DNA of 64,000 nucleotides from Bugula neritina (Eukaryota > Animalia > Bryozoa): positions 14,703,675-14,767,674 of the forward strand of contig OZ037768.1 of NCBI GenBank assembly GCA_964035545.1, written 5' to 3'. The position numbers and the translations under genes are program-made. The first letter of the stretch is position 1, and each line of letters begins with the position of its first letter. Below are positions 42,275-59,400 of this stretch, one piece after another. The notes under the pieces are model-generated. The model did no database searches. It had not been told where the DNA came from and saw only the letters and a list, made by a program, of their open reading frames with translations.

Positions 42275-45200
42275 AACATATTGAAATACACTGCAAGATA
42301 CTGAAATACACTGTAACATATTGAAATACACTGCAACACACTGAAATATACTGAAACATACCGCAATATATGGTAACCTACTGTAATATGTTGCAAACCA
42401 CTGAAACATACTGCATCATCCTGCAACAAAATGAAATATACTGCAACATGCTGAAAGATACTGCAACATAATGCAACATACTGAAATACACTATAGAATA
42501 TTGAAATATACTGCAACATACTGAAATATACAGCAAGATACTGCGAAATACTGAAATACATAGTAAGATACCTAAATACACTGCAACATACTGCAACATA
42601 CTGCAACATATTGAAATACACTGTAACATATTGAAAAACACTGCAACACATTGAAATATACCGCAACATACCGAAGTATATGGTAGCCTACTGAAATATA
42701 CTGCGACATACTGAAATACACTGTAACGTACTGAAATACACTGCAACATACTGAAATACACTGTAACATATTAAAACACACTGCAACACACTGAAATATA
42801 CTGAAACATAACGAAATATATGGTAACCCACTAAAATATGTTGCAAACCACTGAAATATACTGCAACATACTGCAACATAATGAAGTATACTGCAACATA
42901 GTGAAATATACTGCAAGATACTGCAACATACTGAAATACACTGTAACGTACTGAAATACACTGCAACATACTGAAATATACTGCATGATACTGCAACATA
43001 CTGATACACATTGTAAGATACTGAAATACACTGCAACATACCGCAACATACTGCAATGTATTGAAATACACTGTAACATATTGAAAAACACTGCAACACA
43101 TCAAAATATACTGCAACATACTGAAACATACGGCAACATACTGAAATATACTGCGACACATTGAAATATAGTGCAACATACTGAAATATGCTGTAGCATA
43201 CTGAAATACACTGCAATACACTGAAGTATACTGTAATATACAGAAACGTACTGTAACATACTGAAACATACGGCAACATACTAAAATATACTGCGACACA
43301 TTGAAACATACTGCAACATACTGAAATACACCAAAACATACTAAACTCCCCTGCAACATTCTGAAATACACTGTAACACATTGAAATACACTGCAACACA
43401 GTGAATTACACTGAAATACATTGTAAGATACGGAAACACACTGCAACATACTGCAACATAATGAAATATATGGTAACCTACTGAAATATGTTGAAAACTA
43501 CTGAAATATACTGCAACATTATGCAACATAATGAAAGATACTGCAATATACTGAAATAAACTGCAAGATACTGCAACATACTGAAATACACTGTAACATA
43601 CTGAAATACACTGTAACATATTGAAATACACTGCGACATACTGCAACATACTGAAAAACGCTGTAACATATTGAAATACACTGCAAGACACTGAAATATT
43701 CTGCAACATACCGAAATATATGGTAATCTAATGAGATATACTGTAACACGTTGAAGTACACTGCAACATACTGAAATACACTGCAACACACTAAATTATA
43801 CTGTAATTTACAGAAATGTACTGCAACATACTGGAATATACTGCAAGATACTGCAACATACTGAAATACACTGTAACATAATGCAATACACTGCAACATA
43901 CTGAAATATACTGCATGATACTGCAACATACTGATACACATTGTAAGATACTGAAATGCACTGCAACATAGTGAAATATGCTGCATGATACTGCAACATA
44001 CTCATACACATTGTAAGATACTGAAATACACTGCAACATACCGCAACATACTGCAACGTATTGAAATACACTGTAACATATTGAAAAACACTGCAACACA
44101 TTGAAATATACTGCAACATACTGAAACATACGGCAACATACTGAAATGTACTGCGACACATTGAAATATAGTGCAACATACTGAAATATGCAGTAGCATA
44201 CTGAAATACACTGCAATACACTGAAGTATACTGTAATATACAGAATTGTACTGTAACATACTGAAACATACGGTAACATACTAAAATATACTGCGACACA
44301 TTGAAATATACTGCAACATACTGAAATACACCGTAACATACTGAAATACACTGCAACATACTGAAATACACTGTAACATATTGAAATACACTGCAACACA
44401 CTGAAATATACTGAAACATACCGCAATATATGGTAACCTACTGTAATATGTTGCAAACCACTGAAACATACTGCATCATCCTGCAACAAAATGAAATATA
44501 CGGTAACACTGAAGCATACTGCAATATACTGAGATATACTGTAACAACTAAGACATACTGCAACATACCAAAAAAAATGGTAACCTACTGAAATATGTTA
44601 CAAACTACTGAAACATACTGCAACATACTGCAACATAATGAAATATACTGCAACATGCTGAAAGATACTGCAACATAATGCAACATACTGAAATACACTA
44701 TAGAATATTGAAATATACTGCAACATACTGAAATATACAGCAAGATACTGCGAAATACTGAAATGCATAGTAAGATACCTAAATACACTGCAACATACTG
44801 CAACATATTGAAATACACTGTAACATATTGAAAAACACTGCAACAAATTGAAATATACCGCAACATACCGAAGTATATGGTAGCCTACTGAAATATACTG
44901 CGACATACTGAAATACACTGTAACGTACTGAAATACACTGCAACATACTGAAATACACTGTAACATATTAAAATACACTGCAACACACTGAAATATACTG
45001 AAACATAACGAAATATATGGTAACCCACTAAAATATGTTGCAAACCACTGAAATATACTGGAACATACTGCAACATAATGAAGTATACTGCAACATAGTG
45101 AAATATACTGCAAGATACTGCAACATACTGAAATACACTGTAACGTACTGAAATACACTGCAACATACTGAAATATACTGCATGATACTGCAACATACTG

Positions 45201-48200
45201 ATACACATTGTAAGATACTGAAATACACTGCAACATACCGCAACATACTGCAACGTATTGAAATACACTGTAACATATTGAAAAACACTGCAACACATCG
45301 AAATATACTGCAACATACTGAAACATACGGCAACATACTGAAATATACTGCGACACATTGAAATATAGTGCAACATACTGAAATATGCTGTAGCATACTG
45401 AAATACACTGCAATACACTGAAGTATACTGTAATATACAGAAACGTACTGTAACATACTGAAACATACGGCAACATACTAAAATATACTGCAACACATTG
45501 AAATATACTGCAACATACTGAAATACACCGTAACATACTAAACTCCACTGCAACATTCTGAATTACACTGTAACACATTGAAATACACTGCAACACAATG
45601 AATTATACTGAAATACATTGTAAGATACTGAAATACACTGCAAGATACTGCAACATAATGGAATATATGTTAACCTACTGAAATATGTTGAAAACTACTG
45701 AAATATACTGCAACATAATGCAACATAATGAAAGATACTGCAACATACTGAAATAAACTGCAAGATACTGCAACATACTGAAATACACTGCAACACACTG
45801 AAGTATACTGTAATATACAGAAATGTACCGTAAAATACTGAAATATACTTCAACATACTGAAAAACACCTAAAAATATTGAAACATACTGATATACACTG
45901 AAACATACTGAAATACACTGCAACACATTGGAATATACTGCAACATACCGAAATATATGGTAACCTACTGAAGTATGTTGCAAACTACTGAAATATACTG
46001 CAACATACTGAAATACGCCGTAACATACTGAAATACACTGCAACATACTGAAATACACTGTAACAAATTGAAATACACTGCAACACACTGAAACATACTG
46101 AAACATACCGAAATATAAGGTAACCTACTGAAATATGTTGCAAACCACTGAAACATACTGCATAATCATGCAACAAAATGAAATAAACGGTAACACTGAA
46201 GCATACTGCAATATACTGAAATATACTGTAACATACTAAGACATACTGCAACATACCGAAATATATGGTAACCTACTGAAATATGTTGCAAACGACTGAA
46301 ATATACTGCAACATACTGCAACATATTGAAGTATACTGCAACATACTGAAATATACTGCAAGATACTCCAACATATTGAAATACACTGCAAGATACTGAA
46401 ATACACTGTAACATATTGAAATACACTGCAACACACTGAAATATACTGAAACATACCGCAATATATGGTAACATACTGTAATATGTTGCAAACCACTGAA
46501 ACATACTGCATCATCCTGCAACAAAATGAAATATACTGCAACATGCTGAAAGATACTGCAACATAATGCAACATACTGAAATACACTATAGAATATTGAA
46601 ATATACTGCAACATACTGAAATATACAGCAAGATACTGCGAAATACTGAAATACATAGTAAGATACCTAAATACACTGCAACATACTGCAACATACTGCA
46701 ACATATTGAAATACACTGTAACATATTGAAAAACACTGCAACACATTGAAATATACCGCAACATACCGAAGTATATGGTAGCCTACTGAAATATACTGCG
46801 ACATACTGAAATACACTGTAACGTACTGAAATACACTGCAACATACTGAAATACACTGTAACATATTAAAACACACTGCAACACACTGAAATATACTGAA
46901 ACATAACGAAATATATGGTAACCCACTAAAATATGTTGCAAACCACTGAAATATACTGCAACATACTGCAACATAATGAAGTATACTGCAACATAGTGAA
47001 ATATACTGCAAGATACTGCAACATACTGAAATACACTGTAACGTACTGAAATACACTGCAACATACTGAAATATACTGCATGATACTGCAACATACTGAT
47101 ACACATTGTAAGATACTGAAATACACTGCAACATACCGCAACATACTGCAATGTATTGAAATACACTGTAACATATTGAAAAACACTGCAACACATCAAA
47201 ATATACTGCAACATACTGAAACATACGGCAACATACTGAAATATACTGCGACACATTGAAATATAGTGCAACATACTGAAATATGCTGTAGCATACTGAA
47301 ATACACTGCAATACACTGAAGTATACTGTAATATACAGAAACGTACTGTAACATACTGAAACATACGGCAACATACTAAAATATACTGCGACACATTGAA
47401 ACATACTGCAACATACTGAAATACACCAAAACATACTAAACTCCCCTGCAACATTCTGAAATACACTGTAACACATTGAAATACACTGCAACACAGTGAA
47501 TTACACTGAAATACATTGTAAGATACGGAAACACACTGCAACATACTGCAACATAATGAAATATATGGTAACCTACTGAAATATGTTGAAAACTACTGAA
47601 ATATACTGCAACATTATGCAACATAATGAAAGATACTGCAATATACTGAAATAAACTGCAAGATACTGCAACATACTGAAATACACTGTAACATACTGAA
47701 ATACACTGTAACATATTGAAATACACTGCGACATACTGCAACATACTGAAAAACGCTGTAACATATTGAAATACACTGCAAGACACTGAAATATTCTGCA
47801 ACATACCGAAATATATGGTAATCTAATGAGATATACTGTAACACGTTGAAGTACACTGCAACATACTGAAATACACTGCAACACACTAAATTATACTGTA
47901 ATTTACAGAAATGTACTGCAACATACTGGAATATACTGCAAGATACTGCAACATACTGAAATACACTGTAACATAATGCAATACACTGCAACATACTGAA
48001 ATATACTGCATGATACTGCAACATACTGATACACATTGTAAGATACTGAAATGCACTGCAACATAGTGAAATATGCTGCATGATACTGCAACATACTCAT
48101 ACACATTGTAAGATACTGAAATACACTGCAACATACCGCAACATACTGCAACGTATTGAAATACACTGTAACATATTGAAAAACACTGCAACACATTGAA

Positions 48201-50470
48201 ATATACTGCAACATACTGAAACATACGGCAACATACTGAAATGTACTGCGACACATTGAAATATAGTGCAACATACTGAAATATGCAGTAGCATACTGAA
48301 ATACACTGCAATACACTGAAGTATACTGTAATATACAGAATTGTACTGTAACATACTGAAACATACGGTAACATACTAAAATATACTGCGACACATTGAA
48401 ATATACTGCAACATACTGAAATACACCGTAACATACTGAAATACACTGCAACATACTGAAATACACTGTAACATATTGAAATACACTGCAACACACTGAA
48501 ATATACTGAAACATACCGCAATATATGGTAACCTACTGTAATATGTTGCAAACCACTGAAACATACTGCATCATCCTGCAACAAAATGAAATATACGGTA
48601 ACACTGAAGCATACTGCAATATACTGAGATATACTGTAACAACTAAGACATACTGCAACATACCAAAAAAAATGGTAACCTACTGAAATATGTTACAAAC
48701 TACTGAAACATACTGCAACATACTGCAACATAATGAAATATACTGCAACATGCTGAAAGATACTGCAACATAATGCAACATACTGAAATACACTATAGAA
48801 TATTGAAATATACTGCAACATACTGAAATATACAGCAAGATACTGCGAAATACTGAAATGCATAGTAAGATACCTAAATACACTGCAACATACTGCAACA
48901 TATTGAAATACACTGTAACATATTGAAAAACACTGCAACAAATTGAAATATACCGCAACATACCGAAGTATATGGTAGCCTACTGAAATATACTGCGACA
49001 TACTGAAATACACTGTAACGTACTGAAATACACTGCAACATACTGAAATACACTGTAACATATTAAAATACACTGCAACACACTGAAATATACTGAAACA
49101 TAACGAAATATATGGTAACCCACTAAAATATGTTGCAAACCACTGAAATATACTGGAACATACTGCAACATAATGAAGTATACTGCAACATAGTGAAATA
49201 TACTGCAAGATACTGCAACATACTGAAATACACTGTAACGTACTGAAATACACTGCAACATACTGAAATATACTGCATGATACTGCAACATACTGATACA
49301 CATTGTAAGATACTGAAATACACTGCAACATACCGCAACATACTGCAACGTATTGAAATACACTGTAACATATTGAAAAACACTGCAACACATCGAAATA
49401 TACTGCAACATACTGAAACATACGGCAACATACTGAAATATACTGCGACACATTGAAATATAGTGCAACATACTGAAATATGCTGTAGCATACTGAAATA
49501 CACTGCAATACACTGAAGTATACTGTAATATACAGAAACGTACTGTAACATACTGAAACATACGGCAACATACTAAAATATACTGCAACACATTGAAATA
49601 TACTGCAACATACTGAAATACACCGTAACATACTAAACTCCACTGCAACATTCTGAATTACACTGTAACACATTGAAATACACTGCAACACAATGAATTA
49701 TACTGAAATACATTGTAAGATACTGAAATACACTGCAAGATACTGCAACATAATGGAATATATGTTAACCTACTGAAATATGTTGAAAACTACTGAAATA
49801 TACTGCAACATAATGCAACATAATGAAAGATACTGCAACATACTGAAATAAACTGCAAGATACTGCAACATACTGAAATACACTGCAACACACTGAAGTA
49901 TACTGTAATATACAGAAATGTACCGTAAAATACTGAAATATACTTCAACATACTGAAAAACACCTAAAAATATTGAAACATACTGATATACACTGAAACA
50001 TACTGAAATACACTGCAACACATTGGAATATACTGCAACATACCGAAATATATGGTAACCTACTGAAGTATGTTGCAAACTACTGAAATATACTGCAACA
50101 TACTGAAATACGCCGTAACATACTGAAATACACTGCAACATACTGAAATACACTGTAACAAATTGAAATACACTGCAACACACTGAAACATACTGAAACA
50201 TACCGAAATATAAGGTAACCTACTGAAATATGTTGCAAACCACTGAAACATACTGCATAATCATGCAACAAAATGAAATAAACGGTAACACTGAAGCATA
50301 CTGCAATATACTGAAATATACTGTAACATACTAAGACATACTGCAACATACCGAAATATATGGTAACCTACTGAAATATGTTGCAAACGACTGAAATATA
50401 CTGCAACATACTGCAACATATTGAAGTATACTGCAACATACTGAAATATACTGCAAGATACTCCAACATA
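42275..50470 (+). repeat. Higher-order repeat, period 4095 bp (2 copies)
   Basis: ORF starts 42761/46856, 43399/47494, 44489/48584, 45596/49691 and 46254/50349; CC-A8 marker at 44568/48663. Confidence 0.93.
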
Positions 50471-53400
50471 CTGAAATACACTGTAACATACTGAAATACA
50501 CTGCAACATACTGAAATACACTGCAAGATACTGCAACATACTGAAACACATTGTAAGATACTGAAATGCACTGCAACATACCGCAACATACTGCAACGTA
50601 TTGAAATACACTGTAACATATTGAAAAACACTGCAACACATTGAAATATACTGCAACATACTAAAACATACGGCAACATACTGAAATATACTGCGACACA
50701 TTGAAATATAGTGCAACATACTGAAATATGCTGTAGCATACTGAATTACACTGCAATACACTGAAGTATACTGTAATATACAGAAACGTACTGTAACATA
50801 CTGAAACATACGGCAACATACTAAAATATACTGCGACACATTGAAACATACTGCAACATACTGAAATACACCAAAACATACTAAACTCCCCTGCAACATT
50901 CTGAAATACACTGTAACACATTGAAATACACTGCAACACAGTGAATTACACTGAAATACATTGTAAGATACGGAAACACACTGCAACATACTGCAACATA
51001 ATGAAATATATGGTAACCTACTGAAATATGTTGAAAACTACTGAAATATACTGCAACATTATGCAACATAATGAAAGATACTGCAATATACTGAAATAAA
51101 CTGCAAGATACTGCAACATACTGAAATACACTGTAACATACTGAAATACACTGTAACATATTGAAATACACTGCGACATACTGCAACATACTGAAAAACG
51201 CTGTAACATATTGAAATACACTGCAAGACACTGAAATATTCCGCAACATACCGAAATATATGGTAATCTAATGAGATATTCTGTAACACGTTGAAGTACA
51301 CTGCAACATACTGAAATACACTGCAACACACTAAATTATACTGTAATTTACAGAAATGTACTGCAACATACTGGAATATACTGCAAGATACTGCAACATA
51401 CTGAAATACACCGTAACATAATGCAATACACTGCAACATACTGAAATATATTGCATGATACTGCAACATACTGATACACATTGTAAGATACTGAAATGCA
51501 CTGCAACATACTGAAATATGCTGCATGATACTGCAACATACTCATACACATTGTAAGATACTGAAATACACTGCAACATACCGCAACATACTGCAACGTA
51601 TTGAAATACACTGTAACATATTGAAAAACACTGCAACACATTGAAATATACTGCAACATACTGAAACATACGGCAACATACTGAAATGTACTGCGACACA
51701 TTGAAATACAGTGCAACATACTGAAATATGCAGTAGCATACTGAAATACACTGCAATACACTGAAGTATACAGTAATATACAGAATTGTACTGTAACTTA
51801 CTGAAACATACGGTAACATACTAAAATATACTGCGACACATTGAAATATACTGCAACATACTGAAATACACTGCAACATACTGAAATACACTGTAACATA
51901 TTGAAATACACTGCAACACACTGAAATATACTGAAACATACCGCAATATATGGTAACCTACTGTAATATGTTGCAAACCACTGAAACATACTGCATCATC
52001 CTGCAACAAAATGAAATATACGGTAACACTGAAGCATACTGCAATATACTGAGATATACTGTAACAACTAAGACATACTGCAACATACCAAAAAAAATGG
52101 TTACCTACTGAAATATGTTACAAACTACTGAAACATACTGCAACATACTGCAACATAATGAAATATACTGCAACATGCTGAAAGATACTGCAACATAATG
52201 CAACATACTGAAATACACTATAGAATATTGAAATATACTGCAACATACTGAAATATACAGCAAGATACTGCGAAATACTGAAATACATAGTAAGATACCT
52301 AAATACACTGCAACATACTGCAACATACTGCAACATATTGAAATACACTGTAACATATTGAAAAACACTGCAACACATTGAAATATACCGCAACATACCG
52401 AAGTATATGGTAGCCTACTGAAATATACTGCGACATACTGAAATACACTGTAACGTACTGAAAAACACTGCAACATACTGAAATACACTGTAACATATTA
52501 AAATACACTGCAACACACTGAAATATACTGAAACATAACGAAATATATGGTAACCCACTAAAATATGTTGCAAACCACTGAAATATACTGGAACATACTG
52601 CAACATAATGAAGTATACTGCAACATAGTGAAATATACTGCAAGATACTGCAACATACTGAAATACACTGTAACGTACTGAAATACACTGCAACATACTG
52701 AAATATACTGCATGATACTGCAACATACTGATACACATTGTAAGATACTGAAATACACTGCAACATACCGCAACATACTGCAACGTATTGAAATACACTG
52801 TAACATATTGAAAAACACTGCAACACAATGAATTATACTGAAATACATTGTAAGATACTGAAATACACTGCAAGATACTGCAACATAATGGAATATATGT
52901 TAACCTACTGAAATATGTTGAAAACTACTGAAATATACTGCAACATAATGCAACATAATGAAAGATACTGCAACATACTGAAATAAACTGCAAGATACTG
53001 CAACATACTGAAATACACTGCAACACACTGAAGTATACTGTAATATACAGAAATGTACTGTAAAATACTGAAATATACTTCAACATACTGAAAAACACCT
53101 AAAAATATTGAAACATACTGATATACACTGAAACATACTGAAATACACTGCAACACATTGGAATATACTGCAACATACCGAAATATATGGTAACCTACTG
53201 AAGTATGTTGCAAACTACTGAAATATACTGCAACATACTGAAATACGCCGTAACATACTGAAATACACTGCAACATACTGAAACACACTGTAACAAATTG
53301 AAATACACTGCAACACACTGAAACATACTGAAACATACCGAAATATACGGTAACCTACTGAAATATGTTGCAAACCACTGAAACATACTGCATAATCATG

Positions 53401-56400
53401 CAACAAAATGAAATAAACGGTAACACTGAAGCATACTGCAATATACTGAAATATACTGTAACATACTAAGACATACTGCAACATACCGAAATATATGGTA
53501 ACCTACTGAAATATGTTGCAAACGACTGAAATATACTGCAACATACTGCAACATATTGAAGTATACTGCAACATACTGAAATATACTGCAAGATACTCCA
53601 ACATACTGAAATACACTGTAACATACTGAAATACACTGCAACATACTGAAATACACTGCAAGATACTGCAACATACTGAAACACATTGTAAGATACTGAA
53701 ATGCACTGCAACATACCGCAACATACTGCAACGTATTGAAATACACTGTAACATATTGAAAAACACTGCAACACATTGAAATATACTGCAACATACTAAA
53801 ACATACGGCAACATACTGAAATATACTGCGACACATTGAAATATAGTGCAACATACTGAAATATGCTGTAGCATACTGAATTACACTGCAATACACTGAA
53901 GTATACTGTAATATACAGAAACGTACTGTAACATACTGAAACATACGGCAACATACTAAAATATACTGCGACACATTGAAACATACTGCAACATACTGAA
54001 ATACACCAAAACATACTAAACTCCCCTGCAACATTCTGAAATACACTGTAACACATTGAAATACACTGCAACACAGTGAATTACACTGAAATACATTGTA
54101 AGATACGGAAACACACTGCAACATACTGCAACATAATGAAATATATGGTAACCTACTGAAATATGTTGAAAACTACTGAAATATACTGCAACATTATGCA
54201 ACATAATGAAAGATACTGCAATATACTGAAATATACTGCAACATACTGAAATACGCCGTAACATACTGAAATACACTGCAACATACTGAAACACACTGTA
54301 ACAAATTGAAATACACTGCAACACACTGAAACATACTGAAACATACCGAAATATAAGGTAACCTACTGAAATATGTTGCAAACCACTGAAACATACTGCA
54401 TAATCATGCAACAAAATGAAATAAACGGTAACACTGAAGCATACTGCAATATACTGAAATATACTGTAACATACTAAGACATACTGCAACATACCGAAAT
54501 ATATGGTAACCTACTGAAATATGTTGCAAACGACTGAAATATACTGCAACATACTGCAACATATTGAAGTATACTGCAACATACTGAAATATACTGCAAG
54601 ATACTCCAACATACTGAAATACACTGTAACATACTGAAATACACTGCAACATACTGAAATACACTGCAAGATACTGCAACATACTGAAACACATTGTAAG
54701 ATACTGAAATGCACTGCAACATACCGCAACATACTGCAACGTATTGAAATACACTGTAACATATTGAAAAACACTGCAACACATTGAAATATACTGCAAC
54801 ATACTAAAACATACGGCAACATACTGAAATATACTGCGACACATTGAAATATAGTGCAACATACTGAAATATGCTGTAGCATACTGAATTACACTGCAAT
54901 ACACTGAAGTATACTGTAATATACAGAAACGTACTGTAACATACTGAAACATACGGCAACATACTAAAATATACTGCGACACATTGAAACATACTGCAAC
55001 ATACTGAAATACACCAAAACATACTAAACTCCCCTGCAACATTCTGAAACACACTGTAACACATTGAAATACACTGCAACACAGTGAATTACACTGAAAT
55101 ACATTGTAAGATACGGAAACACACTGCAACATACTGCAACATAATGAAATATATGGTAACCTACTGAAATATGTTGAAAACTACTGAAATATACTGCAAC
55201 ATTATGCAACATAATGAAAGATACTGCAATATACTGAAATAAACTGCAAGATACTGCAACATACTGAAATACACTGTAACATACTGAAATACACTGTAAC
55301 ATATTGAAATACACTGCGACATACTGCAACATACTGAAAAACGCTGTAACATATTGAAATACACTGCAAGACACTGAAATATTCCGCAACATACCGAAAT
55401 ATATGGTAATCTAATGAGATATTCTGTAACACGTTGAAGTACACTGCAACATACTGAAATACACTGCAACACACTAAATTATACTGTAATTTACAGAAAT
55501 GTACTGCAACATACTGGAATATACTGCAAGATACTGCAACATACTGAAATACACTGTAACATAATGCAATACACTGCAACATACTGAAATATATTGCATG
55601 ATACTGCAACATACTGATACACATTGTAAGATACTGAAATGCACTGCAACATACTGAAATATGCTGCATGATACTGCAACATACTCATACACATTGTAAG
55701 ATACTGAAATACACTGCAACATACCGCAACATACTGCAACGTATTGAAATACACTGTAACATATTGAAAAACACTGCAACACATTGAAATATACTGCAAC
55801 ATACTGAAACATACGGCAACATACTGAAATGTACTGCGACACATTGAAATATAGTGCAACATACTGAAATATGCAGTAGCATACTGAAATACACTGCAAT
55901 ACACTGAAGTATACAGTAATATACAGAATTGTACTGTAACTTACTGAAACATACGGTAACATACTAAAATATACTGCGACACATTGAAATATACTGCAAC
56001 ATACTGAAATACACTGCAACATACTGAAATACACTGTAACATATTGAAATACACTGCAACACACTGAAATATACTGAAACATACCGCAATATATGGTAAC
56101 CTACTGTAATATGTTGCAAACCACTGAAACATACTGCATCATCCTGCAACAAAATGAAATATACGGTAACACTGAAGCATACTGCAATATACTGAGATAT
56201 ACTGTAACAACTAAGACATACTGCAACATACCAAAAAAAATGGTTACCTACTGAAATATGTTACAAACTACTGAAACATACTGCAACATACTGCAACATA
56301 ATGAAATATACTGCAACATGCTGAAAGATACTGCAACATAATGCAACATACTGAAATACACTATAGAATATTGAAATATACTGCAACATACTGAAATATA

Positions 56401-59400
56401 CAGCAAGATACTGCGAAATACTGAAATACATAGTAAGATACCTAAATACACTGCAACATGCTGCAACATACTGCAACATATTGAAATACACTGTAACATA
56501 TTGAAAAACACTGCAACACATTGAAATATACCGCAACATACCGAAGTATATGGTAGCCTACTGAAATATACTGCGACATACTGAAATACACTGTAACGTA
56601 CTGAAATACACTGCAACATACTGAAATACACTGTAACATATTAAAATACACTGCAACACACTGAAACATACTGAAACATAACGAAATATATGGTAACCCA
56701 CTAAAATATGTTGCAAACCACTGAAATATACTGGAACATACTGCAACATAATGAAGTATACTGCAACATAGTGAAATATACTGCAAGATACTGCAACATA
56801 CTGAAATACACTGTAACGTATTGAAATACACTGTAACATATTGAAAAACACTGCAACACATTGAAATATACTGCAACATACTAAAACATACGGCAACATA
56901 CTGAAATATACTGCGACACATTGAAATATAGTGCAACATACTGAAATATGCTGTAGCATACTGAATTACACTGCAATACACTGAAGTATACTGTAATATA
57001 CAGAAACGTACTGTAACATACTGAAACATACGGCAACATACTAAAATATACTGCGACACATTGAAACATACTGCAACATACTGAAATACACCAAAACATA
57101 CTAAACTCCCCTGCAACATTCTGAAATACACTGTAACACATTGAAATACACTGCAACACAGTGAATTACACTGAAATACATTGTAAGATACGGAAACACA
57201 CTGCAACATACTGCAACATAATGAAATATATGGTAACCTACTGAAATATGTTGAAAACTACTGAAATATACTGCAACATTATGCAACATAATGAAAGATA
57301 CTGCAATATACTGAAATATACTGCAACATACTGAAATACGCCGTAAACTACTGAAATACACTGCAACATACTGAAACACACTGTAACAAATTGAAATACA
57401 CTGCAACACACTGAAACATACTGAAACATACCGAAATATAAGGTAACCTACTGAAATATGTTGCAAACCACTGAAACATACTGCATAATCATGCAACAAA
57501 ATGAAATAAACGGTAACACTGAAGCATACTGCAATATACTGAAATATACTGTAACATACTAAGACATACTGCAACATACCGAAATATATGGTAACCTACT
57601 GAAATATGTTGCAAACGACTGAAATATACTGCAACATACTGCAACATATTGAAGTATACTGCAACATACTGAAATATACTGCAAGATACTCCAACATACT
57701 GAAATACACTGTAACATACTGAAATACACTGCAACATACTGAAATACACTGCAAGATACTGCAACATACTGAAACACATTGTAAGATACTGAAATGCACT
57801 GCAACATACCGCAACATACTGCAACGTATTGAAATACACTGTAACATATTGAAAAACACTGCAACACATTGAAATATACTGCAACATACTAAAACATACG
57901 GCAACATACTGAAATATACTGCGACACATTGAAATATAGTGCAACATACTGAAATATGCTGTAGCATACTGAATTACACTGCAATACACTGAAGTATACT
58001 GTAATATACAGAAACGTACTGTAACATACTGAAACATACGGCAACATACTAAAATATACTGCGACACATTGAAACATACTGCAACATACTGAAATACACC
58101 AAAACATACTAAACTCCCCTGCAACATTCTGAAATACACTGTAACACATTGAAATACACTGCAACACAGTGAATTACACTGAAATACATTGTAAGATACG
58201 GAAACACACTGCAACATACTGCAACATAATGAAATATATGGTAACCTACTGAAATATGTTGAAAACTACTGAAATATACTGCAACATTATGCAACATAAT
58301 GAAAGATACTGCAATATACTGAAATAAACTGCAAGATACTGCAACATACTGAAATACACTGTAACATACTGAAATACACTGTAACATATTGAAATACACT
58401 GCGACATACTGCAACATACTGAAAAACGCTGTAACATATTGAAATACACTGCAAGACACTGAAATATTCCGCAACATACCGAAATATATGGTAATCTAAT
58501 GAGATATTCTGTAACACGTTGAAGTACACTGCAACATACTGAAATACACTGCAACACACTAAATTATACTGTAATTTACAGAAATGTACTGCAACATACT
58601 GGAATATACTGCAAGATACTGCAACATACTGAAATACACCGTAACATAATGCAATACACTGCAACATACTGAAATATATTGCATGATACTGCAACATACT
58701 GATACACATTGTAAGATACTGAAATGCACTGCAACATACTGAAATATGCTGCATGATACTGCAACATACTCATACACATTGTAAGATACTGAAATACACT
58801 GCAACATACCGCAACATACTGCAACGTATTGAAATACACTGTAACATATTGAAAAACACTGCAACACATTGAAATATACTGCAACATACTGCAACATACT
58901 GAAACATACGGCAACATACTGAAATGTACTGCGACACATTGAAATACAGTGCAACATACTGAAATATGCAGTAGCATACTGAAATACACTGCAATACACT
59001 GAAGTATACAGTAATATACAGAATTGTACTGTAACTTACTGAAACATACGGTAACATACTAAAATATACTGCGACACATTGAAATATACTGCAACATACT
59101 GAAATACACTGCAACATACTGAAATACACTGTAACATATTGAAATACACTGCAACACACTGAAATATACTGAAACATACCGCAATATATGGTAACCTACT
59201 GTAATATGTTGCAAACCACTGAAACATACTGCATCATCCTGCAACAAAATGAAATATACGGTAACACTGAAGCATACTGCAATATACTGAGATATACTGT
59301 AACAACTAAGACATACTGCAACATACCAAAAAAAATGGTTACCTACTGAAATATGTTACAAACTACTGAAACATACTGCAACATACTGCAACATAATGAA

